This document shows, piece by piece, positions 1 through 15,100 of a stretch of 64,000 bases of DNA. Made by a program: the position numbers and the translations under genes. The notes under the pieces are model-generated. The model was not told where the DNA came from, did no database searches, and saw only the letters and a program-made list of their open reading frames with translations. Positions within the stretch are counted from its first letter, which is position 1. Each line of letters opens with the position of its first letter. The DNA is from Yuukianura sp. NJ FZ-2021 (Eukaryota): contig CM102286.1 in NCBI GenBank assembly GCA_046563655.1, forward strand, positions 12,648,001-12,712,000, given 5' to 3'.

Positions 1-3000
1 AAAAAGCCATTGCAAAAGTCTTCCCGCCCGACTTTCTCTTTAAAAAAGAAAAACCGTAACAGTGCCTCTTTTGTGGCTCTTTTGAGAGAAAAAAGCACAA
101 GTGAAGTGCGTCAGTTGGTTCCGTATTAGTCTCCAACAGGGTTCAAGTTGTATAAAACATTTTATCGGAGATCAATTACGGACCGCAGCAGTTTTCTAGA
201 GGAAAAAGTAGAAAAGCAGAAGCCACACACCAGAGGATCTAGTCAAGTCGGAAGTTACATCCCAATCCATATGGATACATGGACACTCTAGGGATTTGAC
301 CTCAAGCAGATTGCTTCCTCTTCCTTTTCTCTCTAGTCTCTAATCCGGGTAACACCGAAAACTGGAAAACAAAAGACTCCGAAGCAGCCTCCACTGGATT
401 TTAACGAGGCTTTGCTAGTTCTCTCATCGTTTTCCCTGAGAATTCTATCAGAGAATTCCAGAGAGAAAACAGCTATAATTTCACTCTTTAGTTTAGGTTA
501 GCCTAACCTAAAACTATAGTCGCTGGTGAACCAGATGGAAATTCTAATCGCTCTGAAGTGTTTATGCCCATCCATTTACGAACTGCTGATTTACTCTGGC
601 AATTTAACCAACTCTCCACTTTCGGTGCTTATCTCCCAATGCCAGGGAAAATTAATTTCTAGGGGGATTAGGGAAAACTAAGCACAAGTAATTAGCACAT
701 TGCGTGAGGGGGTGCTTGGGGTCCTGTCCTGGAGGGCCCTTATGTACAAAGTAAGTGCTCTCCAAGTGCCCACCACCTGGAATACACCACTTCGTCCTTA
801 TTTAGCACCACCGCTGCCACCTCATAAATTTAGCACGATTTGCAACACTTCCAAGCTGACACCGCACATACTCAGAGTGTGAAAAATTCGCACAATGTGC
901 AAAAAAGTTTTTATAGTAACACCTTTGCCTACCCCGATTCCTCCCAAACCCAAACCCTATGTACTCTAGCAAAAAAAAAACAACTTAGATCCACCTTTTC
1001 ATTCTAAAAATGCGAAGAAATATAGAACAGAAATTCCGCATTACTACAAATAGAATCCAGCACATTTTCGCAGTATTTCGCAAATTCCATCCTCGTAGTT
1101 AAAAGGTTCTTGGCCTTTGGATTTTAGTGACACGTTCCTTTGTGTCGGAAGATGAATGAGGGAAGTGGAAATGAAGAAATATCGGGACACTTGATGAAAA
1201 ATATGAGGACTTCGGATGATATAGGGAGACATTCCCGTTGTTTAGAACGCTGGAAGCGGCAAAAGCCTTGTTGCCTCTCAAATCTCTAAGAAAACCAATA
1301 AGAAAGGGCTTCAGGAGCAACGGAGTTTAGAACATAATATTGAAATATTGCCACCAGTGTCAGTTCTGCATATTTCTGCCGCCTTTAACACTTCTAAAGA
1401 AAATGTCGAGGGCACGAAAAGTTTCAAAAATTCTAAATATATTCCTGATCAACTTAAATTCAGCAACAGAAAAACACAAAAGGCACGGCTGCTTTCTCCA
1501 AGAAAAAAAATATAGCGCTCAAAATGCTTATGTTTTTTCGACTGAAAAATATCACTTGGAACTTTTGATTTTCAAATGCTCAAGAGAGCAAAGGTGAAAG
1601 CAAGAGAAGAAGGCCAACTTTTTTCGTTCAAAATTTCAAAGAAAGCGGGGGAATATTTGAAAAGTAAAATTAGATGAACCAAATAAGAAAAGAGATGGAT
1701 TTCGTTTCATCAAGAGCAGAAGAAAAATCAATTTGAGTGGCACAGATGATGTCGTTTTCAAAATTTCTCTACTTTCCCCCTCAAAATGAAAAGTTCTTTG
1801 ATTAACTCCCTGTCACCAGAAGGTGTTGGAAGATTTTCGTATTTCTAAAAGTGAAAAGTTTTGGTAATAAAAGAATTTCAGTGAAAAAAAGTGTGTACAT
1901 AAGGGTTCAAAGCAATTATAAGCTCTGAATATTTATGATTTCGAAACAGACAAGAAGAGCTCTATCTCAGCTCTTTCCCGCTTTTCAATTTAGCAAGTAA
2001 AAAAAAATCTTTTCAAGAAATATTTGCACAACTAGAACTTCCTCGTTTCTTTAGTTTAAAAAAAACTTTCCACTCGCACAGGCTTTTACCAAAAAGTTGG
2101 TTATTTTTCTACACGAAAGTAACTGTTGACCTAATTAAACACAGTTTTTAAGTGCTTTTCATTCGAACTGCCACCTCTTTCTTTTTATTCTTGTCACAGC
2201 GGCACTCTCAAATGTTCTTTCCAGTAAATCCTCCGGAATTCCACTTCCGCCTCCTTTGATGGCATTTCATGCCCTCCGGAGGAAATCCCCAAATTGAATT
2301 TTCCGCTAATTTCGTCAGTTTATACAAAACTTTACAATTTCCGCTTCTGTCCTCTTACAAGTGAATTAATACGACAATCTAATTTCCCGCTAATTTATAA
2401 ACTCAACAACTTTATAAAATAACAAACCACCAGCGGCATAGTTTCTAAAATTCGGAAAAACAAAAGAGACAAAATTGCACCAAAATTGAAAGGAACTATT
2501 TATTTTTAGAATTCGCTGGAAATGTTTGTTCAAAACAGAAAGTTACAAAGCGCGTAGAAACGAGAATTTTCCTCACCCATTTTCCTTTTCTCCTCACAAC
2601 TAACAGTAGCAAGTGAAAGTTGAACGCAAACAAAAATCCATTTTATGTCTCCTAAAGTGCATCTCAGTTCCACAAAGTGCTGAAATGAAGACGCCGATGT
2701 TTAAGATGAACGACTCAGTGGCAGTTAGATGCATTGTTGAGACAATAAATAAAGTCAAGTCACTGGACTTTTTCTTTGAAACAAGTTAGCAGCGAAAGCT
2801 CACCATTTTAACTCACCACACGAGGACAACAACAAACTAACAAAAAAAGAAGAGAAAAAAGAGAAAGTAAAAAAGCTCCATTGTCTTTTCCAAGTGAAAT
2901 AGGTTCCATTATTCTTTTTCTCCATTAAAACGGGTAGGTTGGCCTACCCTAACTTTTTTGCCCAAACAAACTCAACCGAATCACAATTTCACCGTTTAGG

Positions 3001-6000
3001 TTTGTATGGTCTGCCTTACGTGACCTACTACTGGAGTCGTTAAAAATAAAATAAGATTCCAAAAAAGTAAAAAGAAAGAAAACCAAATTGCACAAAAAGT
3101 TCTAAACCACTCTCCCCGCAAAATACTTTTGTGAACTGCCTTTGTTTCGCACATATTGCTTTCACCAAGTCTTAAACGCTGAGCCTCTCCCGCCATTTCT
3201 GCCTCCCCCAAAATGACACTTTCTTCAAAGTACTTTCCAAAGTGTGAAAACTACTCGACACAAAGTGATCTCATCCAAATCCAGTCTTTTCACTTCAGTC
3301 ATTTAAAATCCAGGCAATGTCGAATTGGAACACTAAAAAACTTTTGCATATTCGATTTTTTTTTCAAAGTAGAGACACTTTTTGCTGAGTTGGGATTTTC
3401 CAAAATTTGAGGTTCTAAAACTCCTAAAATCCCCTCTGTCTAACTTTGGTGCAAAACCTCAGAATGAGTTAATAAAAGTTAGTTGCAGTCTTTACCAAAA
3501 AGACTTTTCAAGAGCCAATTCATTTGCTAATTTCAGCCTTTCTCTTTTCGCCCACACTCACTTTCTAAATAGGTTTTCCCTGACTACAAGTTCGCATATA
3601 GCTTCCAATTTCCCGCCATTTAGAGGCTTTTCTCCATTGTCTCACCCTTAACCCACTCCCCACCGCCAACTACTTTCCAAAATGTAACTTCAGGAGGAAT
3701 CCATAGCCTAAAACCGTGCTAAGAACAGGACCGTGGCTTTGGATAGTTACTTTTTACGAGCCCATCCATTCCATCCAGGAAAGATCCTGTGTACTCCAAT
3801 TGAATAACCTCCTTCAAATTTCCACACATTACGATCTCATATTGAACACTCCCGTCGAACACTAGGTCGATCTCGTCCACTTTCCTAACCGAATCCTAGC
3901 TTTTACTGATATTTCCAATTTCCAGTTTCTCATAAAGGAACTTTTGGACGTTTGTTATTTGCGTCTCTCGACCTACATTGTACAACCGTCTCCTTGTCTG
4001 CTCAAAAAGCTAACGTCCTTTAATATACAATGTTCAACTCCTTGCCAAGAATTGAGCATCAGAGATAAAAGATTATTAGGAAGAGTTGGCAAGATCTTGC
4101 AAAGAAGTACAAAAAGAGACGCTCTTACACACGTAAAGCAACGCGAATTAAGAAAATTACAAGAACTATGTTGATACTTCCTCCTCTGCCAACGCCCTAG
4201 CTTGTCATCTCAGATTAGTTGAACCAAAGTTTTTGAACTTGCGTTTTTATTTATCTTTTCTTTTCAACACCCAACTTTCACACATTTCTAAAGAAAGATA
4301 CACATTAAACACGAGGAGAGACTCAAACAAATGGAGAGGACACCCTCATCAAGGCGTGTTCCTTCGTTCCGACAACCAGAGTCAGTTATGTCAACAACAG
4401 AAACAAATTGAAGCGCACGACTTGAAGGGATTTATGATGGAGGCTGGAGGAAATGACAAGTCGAAAACAGGCATAATTGGAAACAACTTCTTGGCAACGC
4501 CTTTCTTCCTATTCAAAATTTCTACTCAATCCAATTTCATTTTCCATTTTGATTCAAATTTCGATTTTGGCCACACGAATCACACTTTGGCGTATGGCCG
4601 CCATTCATTGAAAATTTACCGCTTTGAAAAAAGAGAAACCCACCGCGCCCTATGCCACTTTTGCCCTCGTCGGTTTCATGCCCTCCATTTTTTATGCTAT
4701 TCTCATGACACAAAGGAAAAAAGCTACAAAAGATTAAAAACTTATTTTTACTGGCCCATAAATTTTTCTTATACGTTTTTATGAGAATTTTTAAACTTTT
4801 GAACCTTACTACCCTACCCAATCGCTTGAACAAAGACTAAATCCATGGGGTTTGAAATTGGCAAGGGTTCGCAAGTCGTTCCGTTGTATAAAAAATTATT
4901 TACCAAAGGTTTTAACTTGCAAAATTTTAAATATTAATATTGAGTAAACTTCTTTTTCTTACACAGAGAACAGAAACTTGTGCAAATTTGCACAACATTT
5001 TTAGTACGAAGTACAAGACGTTCAAATGTGCCATGGGAGTGGGACTTGAACTCTAGCGGCAGGTCATAATTTTGCAGCCCGTGAGTCTTCATGTTACACG
5101 AGCTTTTACATCGCAAATTCTATTGTAATCTCTGTTCCAACTCTCCCAAAAACTCTGTTGTAAGTTTCTTAACGATTCTTTTTTTGCCGAGAAAGTAAAA
5201 ATCCTATGCTCTAGGGTAGTGTTTCTTTAATGATGAGGAGAGTCATAAATTACTTGCTGAGTAGAACACAATTAGTGTGGACAAGGGCTTGAGTGAGTGC
5301 CAGAGAGAGAGCGTTTGGATAAAAAGAACAATGGAATCATCTTCCTCTCTGCGGAAAACTAAAGGAGTGTTTCAGTATCCCCTCATGCATTGTCTACTTC
5401 TGTTCAAAACCTAAAACTTCCTCAGCATCCGTGGGCAGGATCAAGAACAATAGACTTCAAATCTCAGCTGGAAATGAACTTAAATCTCTCCTGAATAATC
5501 CGGATGAGATCCTAAAACCAAAACAACCTCAGTCTCCGTCAAATATTTACAATCTAGCATTTTGGCACGCAGAGTAAAAGTTTCTAAGAACAAGTGCCCT
5601 ACCTAAATATGCGTATAGTTTTACAAATGCATTCCGACAACGCCTCTTGTTCCATGTCATTGCGAAAAGTTGAACTCAAAATCTTTCAACGCAGAGAACC
5701 GGTTAGTGGAATTTCTTAACGAAATGAAAAATATTGGATACATTAAATTGAATGTGAGGTCAACTACAAAGTCACCTCAAATCAACAGAAAATTGAAATC
5801 CATTGACAGAAAAAACAAGTGACATTTTCAATTAACCGATTAATTGTGAAACACATTCTCACATGTCCAACCAGTAACCGCAGTTCAACCCTCAACCATG
5901 GGAACAATTATAACAAAAAAAAAAGTTCTTTAACCAAAAAAACAGGAACGAAAAAAATCCAAAAAGCCACACGGAAATTTTGAATTTCTTTTACTTTTCT

Positions 6001-6049
6001 ACCCGAGAAACTCAAAGATGCAAATCCTTCACCATTTTTTCAAAAATAT

Positions 6050-6123
6050 TTTCAGGGTTTTTTCTAAATATAAAAAAATTAGATTCCACAACTGGTGTAG
6101 TATATCCGAAAAATGCAAACTAA
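6050..6123. mobile_element. Short (~70 bp) dispersed element, copy 1, flanked by the 13-bp direct repeat TTTTCAAAAATAT
   Basis: Core AAAAAATTAGATTCCACAnCTGG(TGT)AGTATATCCGAAAAATGCAAACTAAT is shared with 34398-34446. Direct repeats at 6037-6049 and 6124-6136. Confidence 0.55.
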
Positions 6124-9100
6124 TTTTCAAAAATATGTTTAGCCATCAGGATCTGATTCATGACATGGATCCGCGTGTAACAACATGATGAATGTTGTTA
6201 GACCTACCAGAATCAATTTCCAACTAAAGATTACTCCTCCTCTGACAAGCTCAAAAGAAAGCTTTCACTCCTGCTCACTTTCCCTTTGTAGTTTCTGTAG
6301 AGTTACTGATCTTGTTCACGGAAGTAAAGCATGAGGCTTTGGGCATGTGGAAATCAAAGGTGATACCCCACAGATCCATCTTTCATCAGTCTGCTTTTGA
6401 GGAATTAGCAGAGTGTGTGGGATCCTATTCATGAAGAGCCACTTCCCCTCAGATCAAGTGCATTCTACTTCTACGCAGAAGCCTACTCCTAATCTCCACA
6501 AATTGAATCCCTTTCACTGCAACACTGCCAGTATTTCCAGCATCCCCTCCTGAATGAACCGATTTCTTGTTCTGTCAAAGTTCAAGACTTCCGCCAATGC
6601 ATCTTCCCTCCTTTTGCGGAAGTTTATAAAAATATTAAGTGGAATCCAAATCCCTTTGCCAAAACTGGCTATTCCTTCCACTTCTAAAGGCGGATATGTA
6701 TTTCATGGAACGACGGAGACCAAAACCCCGTGTGCAATTGCTTCCGAAATAAATTCCAGTGATATAAATCAAGCAGAGATTTATGAGTTCTAAGGCTCTC
6801 GAGCTTCACCGATTTCCGAATGCTCAGCACTTAAACCATTTCCCACATTCAAAGAGTAATTTACGAAACGGGAAAAGAAAAGATGAATAATAACGTAACA
6901 ACTTAGGGCACTCTTACTTAAGAAAATAGTTGCCAAATGACTTGAGTTTTTGGATTCCAAGATTCCCGTCAAAGATTTACTTGTCAAAGAAGTTAGAAGT
7001 TATTCAATAAGTGAGATCTTTCACGCAGATTATTTAACCCTATTCACATCCAAATGTGGTCCTTGGCTTTTCAAGCCCATCAAGATAAGTTTCTCGTCCC
7101 TGCAAAACTTCAAGAAATGGAAAGTAAAATTCAGTTTCTAAAAATCAAAAAAAAAAAGATCCGTCCAACCTACTCAAATTTTGCAAAAAAGTAAAAGTAC
7201 ATTTCCGTTTCAACTTCCTTTTCAGTTTCCCTGCGCAAAAAATTGAAACCTAAACTAGCCCAATCTTCGAAAAATTTTCCCGAATAGAAAAAGGGAGTTG
7301 TACGAGACAAGAAGCTTCCAAAAAACGCAATCACACAACCCAGCAGCTCAGAGAGAACTTTCCCTTCCGCCACGCCGTCTGCCATTCAATCTTCATTTTC
7401 GTGGAATATGAGCTTTTGATGGGGAAGGCTGACAAGGTAGGGACTTCGGGAAGTCCCTCCAGCCAAGAAGCACCAAAAGTGTTTCCCGAAAACCGATTTT
7501 TCTAATCTCCCAAAAGCAAAAAAAAAATTCTACTCTTGGTGACAGTTTCATTCCAGAAAAGGAAGCTCTCTTATGGTCAAATCTCGTGGCCATTTCACTT
7601 CTCAAAAACTTTCATCACATCCCACTTAACTATTTCTTTTTTTCATTTGGCACTAACTCGGAATGGCCAAAAGCCGAAAAGTCGACATCCCTAAGGTCCC
7701 CCTCCCCCAAATATGGAAGTTACCACGGAAATCCATTTCCAGCTCTGCTTTTCACCCCACCAACCATCGGACCAAAAGAACAGAAAAACCAAACCAAGTC
7801 GACATATGGTTCTGGGACTCCCATCATGACTTTCTCTTATTCTTTCACTGCCAGCATCCAACATCCACCAGTCTCCCAGATACGAAAATCCTCTCAAATA
7901 GGATTCTTCAATCATAATCCCCCAAAGACCTCTCCCCCAATAATGGATAAAGAAAGCAGCTCCTGATGAAGAATTCCTTGGCTTCCACTCCAGAAACAGC
8001 AGTCCTCAACAGGCAACAGCGGTCAACTGTCTCCTCCGGAAAATGGCAACGGTCAAGTCATGACCATCAATTTCCTCAACGCTCCCCTCTTCCTACAACT
8101 CCCGCTCAATTTCAACCCTTAACTCAAACGCAAATAGTTCCAAAAAGTGGCAAAATGAAATCTCCAGGCTCAGTTTCACTTTCTTTGGCTCTCAAGAATG
8201 TCAATTCCACGTCTTCCGTTACAATATCAAGAGCATGTCAAAGTGAAATGCCAAAGTCGTAACTTTTTGTACTATTCTGACATTGTCAACGAGTTTTTCC
8301 AAAAAAAAACTTTTGACACCAACAATGGAAAACTTGGAAAGAAGAAGTCTGTTTTCCAAGTCAAAAAATTGACAAGGAACTCAACTTGCAAAAGACATTC
8401 ATTCCTCAAGACACGTCAAAATGGAGATGTTTCCCGCAAAATATCTTCTTTTAAAAAAACTCAGTGGACAGACACTATTGATTTCCAATATTTTATGACC
8501 CATCCTAAATCTACGTCTCCTAGCAACAAATCCCAGCATAATCATTTCAAAACAATAAAAAAAGTTCTTAGGAGAAAGTTAAATTTCGGACAGCAGGAGG
8601 GAAGTAGGAGGGGACTGAAACAACTTTCAAACTAAACTTTTCATCCTACCAAAAAACCCACTGCCATATCCCTCAAAATCCTCAAAAATAGAAAATTCGT
8701 CTTTCCAAACGTTTTGCTTTCTCGTCCAAGTCCAAAATTGCCTCTCTCAGCTCAATGAATTTTTGATTTATAACAAGGAAATCAGGGAGAGATTAAGACG
8801 GGCTTTAGGAGTGAACTGAGTCGTGCCAAATGGGAATTCGTAAGTTCCGGGCAAACGGCGGCCCTCCTCCTCCACTTCACCGCATTCCCTCCCTAAACTT
8901 ATCATTTTATTTTCAGTTTCAATCCAGCTCGTTCCAGCCCCTCCACTGCTGCCCAGCTCAGAGAAAGTTCTTAAAAGAGAGAAAGTGCGAGAACGGAAAA
9001 GGAAAGTGTAGAGGCGCAAGTAAGCTGATATCGGATAAAAGCATTCCAAAACCCAAAGCCGAATGAAACAGGAATCAATGGTTGAAAACCACAGAAACTG

Positions 9101-12021
9101 CGTGAAACAGTGAAACAGAAGCCGTATTATAGCAAACCCTACCACCTCCACTTCCAGAGTATTCTCCGATTCCAGAAAATCCACCACAATGGGTGCATTA
9201 AGTTGTAAATATTTAACTCCGAATTTCTCTCCAGCCAAATCCGAATTCAGCGATCAATGAATCCTGGGCTTCCAAAGATTTACCAAAAACCCACAGCCTC
9301 ATGTCCTAAACACATAGACATCCTACCATTTTCATCAGCTTATCTTCATGAAAACAACGAAATTCTAAATTTTGAAAACTTAGAACCTTGCAATTATCAA
9401 CAAACAGCACAGGCCATGAAAAACCTTTGTTTCAAAGATGTTGTCTGAAAATTTCCAGTAGAAAGCTTTAACTCATTCGTTCACTGGCGACAGTAAGGAA
9501 CATTGAACAAACAGAACAGAAACTTTTCGACTGAGATTTCTTCATCTTCCATTCCAGTTGCAGCCAACGGCTCACGGCGACGCCATAACTCAAATCCCAT
9601 ACAAATATGAATCCTGAATTCACAAAAGAACTTTTGTTGGTTAGAGGTTTTTGAGCTGTCATCAAAAGTTGAAATGTTCTCTCACTCCACACTTTGTTCG
9701 CTCGTTCTAAAACATTAGAAACTATGGGTACAGGATGTTACGCTGTTCGCTACACTTCAATTCTATCAAATCCCAGGATCTTGCAATTGAATTACAAATG
9801 GAGATTAGATCTCTACCTCCTGATTCACTCAAAGCCTAATTAATAATACAATTAATACGGAACCAGAAGACTACTGAAAAATCAGATCCAATTTCATACC
9901 TGCTCCAAGGCACAAAAAAAAAACCCAACCCGCCTCTTCTGCGTATTTTGTAAAACATAAAGCGAGTTTTACATTACAAAATTTGGAAATTTTATATCAC
10001 AGAAAACCTGACTATACCGCTCTCCACGTAACATTTCCATCTCAAATTTCACTTTCTGAGCACGCATCTCTAATAATTGTTTCCGTCAAAATCGTGTCAT
10101 TTGTCATTTAGCATTTGCCAAGGTTTCTAAGCAGCTTCAAGTGAAGTCTAGCATTTAAACACATCTTCTCTCCTTTCTAACTTCTCTCCACAAAAGTGGT
10201 TTGTTGTAATCCTAATCACCATAAAAATTTCCAAGTACCTTGAGTCGTTTCGCAGTGGCTTTTGTGGAAATTGTATAAAACAGGATTCTTATTTCAATTG
10301 CTTCTGCAAAAGGTAAAGATGAGCTCCAAAACCTCCCATTCTTGTTTTAATATTGTTAAACAAAAGACCTTCATCTTCCTCCCTGTTTTCTCTCTTGTAG
10401 CATAAATTATTAAAATTCAAAGGATTATGTTTTAAAGCAGCGGTGGAAAACTAAGGAAATACCTTTGGCATAGCTTAAAGCTGTTATCCGCAGACCTGCA
10501 AATTCTTACTCTCACTCTCGCCATTTTGGGTACGAAAATTCAAAGTGTTTGAGCAGAAGTGAGCAGAGTCCAGGGAGCCATTGATTTCCTAACGCCATCC
10601 TTACACTTTCTTATCGAAAAACGACTCCCCTGCGTAACCCAATCTAAACTTCTGCCAAAAAAACTAGTTTAAACATGAAAAGTCACTTAAATAACAGTTT
10701 GCAAACTTAAAAATTTAGTTCGATCAAACTACCAGGAACTCCCTTGTAGGTAATCTCATTTTGTTGTCGTTGTTTAAATAAAAAAATCCGCCAATGTGCA
10801 AACTACAACATCGTTAAAAAATCTTCGCGACTTTATAAATTTTGCACAGTTTTCTTTTTAAAAAAAAAAGAGAAAGGGGACAGACGCAAAAGTTACGACA
10901 CCAGCGACTTTTCACCGTGTACGTGGTGCTAAAAAATATAGTTCGCAAAAAACCTTTCTTTACAGTTTGAAGTCCAGAGAGAGCACAAAGTCCATGCATT
11001 ATTCATGCTTCTGTTCATAGTTTACAAAAGTGTCTCTACGGCTTCCTCATCTCCAAGCCTTTCCATGTACTACATTAGAGTTCATAATCAAATTTCATTC
11101 AACTTATACAAAGTTTAGCGAGAAAGTTGTTCTTTAGAAAAAAAAACACAACCAAAAGGAAAAAACAACATTTTTTGATTTTTCGCAAAACATGCCACCA
11201 AAAGTAGCAAAATCAAGAATCAAATGTTGGTTCTCCATTTGAGATTTAAAGAAGTTGTTTGAAAAGAAAAACGAGAAAAAAAGATGAACGTTGTCTGAAT
11301 ATATACAAGGGAATATCCTACGCAATTTTGTCGTAAAATGACAATAACTTGGAAGTCGAGACTTTTTGAATGTGGGATAATGATGATAGTAGAAATCGTT
11401 ACTTTTTTTGAAACATCAAACGAACGCTGGGAATTTTTCCCTCTCTTTTTTGCAAAAAGCAAATAAGAATAAAAATATAAAATAGTGCTTTTGCTCCAGT
11501 GTCACAGTGAGGGCTGGAGCCAAAATTGGACTATTTCTGGGGAACAGGAAAAGAACCGGAAAGAAGTTCCTGGAGTGAAACCTCTTTCCCGCTTTCTTCT
11601 GCTGGAATTTAAGATCTTCCTTTCCAGTTTGGAAAGAAAGGCAGTAAAAATCCCTTCTCTAATGTCAACGGTGGTGGTGGGTTCAGTGAAGAAAAGCAAC
11701 GTAACAAACGGAGGCGGATTCCGCGACATCCTTCCAGAAAAAAAAAGAAAACGAAACCAACAAAGCGACACTGAACCTGTAACAAGGTTCATTCCATGAC
11801 AAAACTCACGCTCCAAAAAAAAACTTTAGACATGCTGGGCTCAGACAGCGTTTATAAAATTTTAAAAACCTTTAGAGTTCCTCAAACTCAAATTCAAGTT
11901 CTCCACATTCGACTTCTACAAATAATGACAAAACTCACTCATAACTTTCTATAAACAATAAAAATCTAAAAACTATTCATTCAGAAAACCAAAAAATCAA
12001 AAAATGTAAAATTCAGCTTAC

Positions 12022-12113
12022 CTTATGCTGATGCAAACCTGTCACCGGTCGTAACTTTGCAAATTTTTGAGACTTCTTCCACAGCAATAGGGCCAATTTA
12101 GATACAAAAAACG
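12022..12113 (-). other. Candidate internal exon of the unidentified minus-strand gene (92 nt; one open frame FFVSKLALLLWKKSQKFAKLRPVTGLHQHK)
   Basis: tttttgaatttttgcag acceptor and AAG|GTAAGC donor. The only open frame is phase 1, matching both upstream candidate donors. Confidence 0.55.
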
Positions 12114-15100
12114 CTGCAAAAATTCAAAAATTCGTCATCAATTCCGTTACATCATGAATTTCAAAATCACATCTTACAAAAGCGTGTCCTGCGAAGCATT
12201 CTTAATTAATGAAGGCGTACACATTTTTGCCTTCTGGTTTAATGCCTTCTGGCCAACTAGCCAGATAATTATTACATCATTAAATTCGGCAGCCCCGCTT
12301 CCACTATTCTGCTCACGGCTTCTTCCTGCCAAATTTTAAACTGTCTTCAAAGACTATTCTTTTCATTTCACAATTTAGCCAACCTTAAGATCTTAGTCTG
12401 CCAGAACACAAGAAAAAGAAGACGCGAAAGAGAAGAAATCTAATTACAAAGTTGTTCCTCAAGAAATCAAAATACCCGCATTTTACTCATCGCACTCCGC
12501 CTATTCTACTGAACAACTTCGGTTCTTAATGAAGCTCTCTCTTCAGAAACATTATGAAGGGGGAAATATTTGGGTGCAAAGGTTCTGACGCTGACATGGA
12601 CTATAGGGGCTTATTGCTTTGTCAGACTGGAGGCTGGGAGGCAGACGTCAGAGATCGTCGACGTTCTAAAAATTTTCGTGGCAATCTCACACAGCTTATG
12701 GGGAGCCCACGCTTACGGGGAAGAAGGGAGTCAGTCGTCGCAACGTCCGTAATTTATGACCAAAGGAGAGAAGCGAATTAAATAACACATTCTGATTTGA
12801 CATAATGCACTTCATCAACATCCGCCGGTTGCGTAGGGGTGGGAAAAACTAGGAAATAAACTAGGAGCGACATTAGGCAACCGTCCAGTACTCAGGACAA
12901 GACTGCTACTGGCAGTATTGGAAACATCATCAGCTTTTAGTCCCTTATTTGTTAATAACACGACGAAAACCCAATACGAAACAATAAATTTGATCAACGT
13001 TTAATTACGATGAGGATGACATGACATATTGGATATTTGTAATTAAAATCTATTCAAATCCAGTTGCAGAAAGCAAGATTCTACACCACACTTCTACTTT
13101 TCGTTTTCACTTTTCAAAGTTCCCTCCCCTTCTCTCTCCATCCTTGATTAAGTTCTTGACACTGAAAGTTATTAGTATTAGTCAAGGGACCTAACCAGCC
13201 CTGTTTGTTTCCAAAACAAGACAAATATGTTTTTCCTGCTCTACGCACATGAAAAAAAAATCTAAGAAAACTAGGAAAACAGTTGCTTCTAACTTGGAAA
13301 AATTTCTTCAAAGTCCCTAGACCCCCATGAATAAAAGTCCAAAAGACAGCCAGCTAGTTTACGCAAAGGAAAAACGTCGCCAAAGCCCTCCAGTAAAACG
13401 AGTCTCTCACTTTTCCGTGGTTCTCTTTCTCGTAAGTGTGAAGTTAAAAAATTGAAAAGAAAAATCTGAGCAGCTCGTTTAGAATTTCCGTGCTGGAAGT
13501 TTAACTTTAAAAAAAGCGGGTAAGAGAAAAAAAGCGCGGAGAAAAACAGGGTATAGTAAATTGGCATTTTCTTTGTGGTTGCTTGATTGTACAAAAAAGG
13601 ATTTTAGAAAAGTAAAAGTTAGGGTTAGGGCTCCGTCGCTTTAAAAAAAGGCTTTTCCTTTTTCTAAAAAAAAAATCTGTGGCAGAGTGCTAGCAGTTTT
13701 TCTTTTCTACAAAAGATTTCTGCTCTCCCTCTCTCTTTCTACACTAAAAAAGTTCCAACTTAATTTCCACTTTGTTCTTTTGGCCGAAGGGCACCGACTC
13801 GATATTTTCTCAGAATTTTCCTTGTTCTACCAAAGCTTCAAGCCTCCTCCATTAGGTTCAAATCCAATTTTACTTCAGCCGAAACGAACCTTCTATTCCT
13901 TTGTGACTGACGAACTACTAAAAGTTTCTACTCGCGGCGGCTACTTCCCTGCCAATTTTCAACAACAATGTCCAAGAGGCAAAGCCAATTTTCAACTGGA
14001 ACAGCTTACCACTTTCTTATTTTCAATGATGATGGAGAGGGGAGACTTTTGACTTAACGCGCCAAACTGAAAGAAAAAGATTTCAATCTCCGTACTTTGT
14101 TGCCCATTGAAAACGAGTTTTGACGTCTTAATTTAATATCTCCTTCTTCGCTGCCACCATCAACTAAATTAGATTTCAACTTAATGGTTTCTTTTCTTTT
14201 CTCGAAGCGAAAAAAGTCCATTTATTGGAAATTGCAAAGTGATCCTGTTAGAAACAGGAAAAACGTGGAAAACTAAGCACCAGTTTTCAGCAACAAGAAC
14301 AGTTAAACCTTACAGAGTTCAAAAGCGAGAAATTCCGTACTTTTTTGATTTGTATCCCACGAACAAATAAATCCGTCACCTCAGACACAATAGTCATAAA
14401 AACGCGTTTGGTAAGAGAACAATAAAATCATAAAATCCTGCTCTTTTACAGATCCTAAAGGGTAGGGTAATGGGACAAATAATTTAAACACGTCGTTACA
14501 AAGATCATAAATTAAATTGTCGCTTTTTAGTATTTTAAGGTTGTGTGCTTAGTAAATGCATAAAAACTTAACACATTAGCAAAAGAGAATCATCGCTATA
14601 GTGTAAATTAGCCTTTAAACGCCGCTGATTTTATGGCTCAAAATTTTATAAATACGGATCCGGACAAATTCAGTTCGCATTTCTCCCATCATAGTCTTTT
14701 TCTAAGCACAACCACTGAAAACACTCGGGGATCTAAAATCTCCAAATCTAAAATATTCAATTTCGAAATTGATGTGATGATAGATTTGAAAAAGTTTGGT
14801 GCAGTTTCTTATACCCTACAGAGTCATAAGCGGATTACTTTTTTCAAAAAAATGATGAGAATCTCGAGACTACTAGAGATGCAATGATTACCGGGTAACA
14901 ATCCTTTTCCAAACACAGCATAGCAACTACCTACTACACGATATTTTCAAAACATCGTCGTCGTTTTTATAATGCTGGAGAAAGCACTGATGTGAGAAAT
15001 GCAAAGATGAGATAAGGCATAATTCGCGTTTCAAAAATCTCGTCCAAGTTCTTTTCTCAATGTGCCAAGGGACGAGGGGAATAAAAATTCATTTTAATTT

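Noticed and set aside
489..516. Head-to-head TTAGG/CCTAA palindrome (telomere-fusion-like)
   Set aside because: Only about two units per arm, and similar short AACCT/AGGTT motifs are scattered through the window.
3977..4059. Further candidate alternative first exon (MLNSWQGVEHC...) of the minus-strand gene
   Set aside because: Weak donor, a phase not checkable against any downstream exon in the window, and the ORF also simply terminates at TAG.
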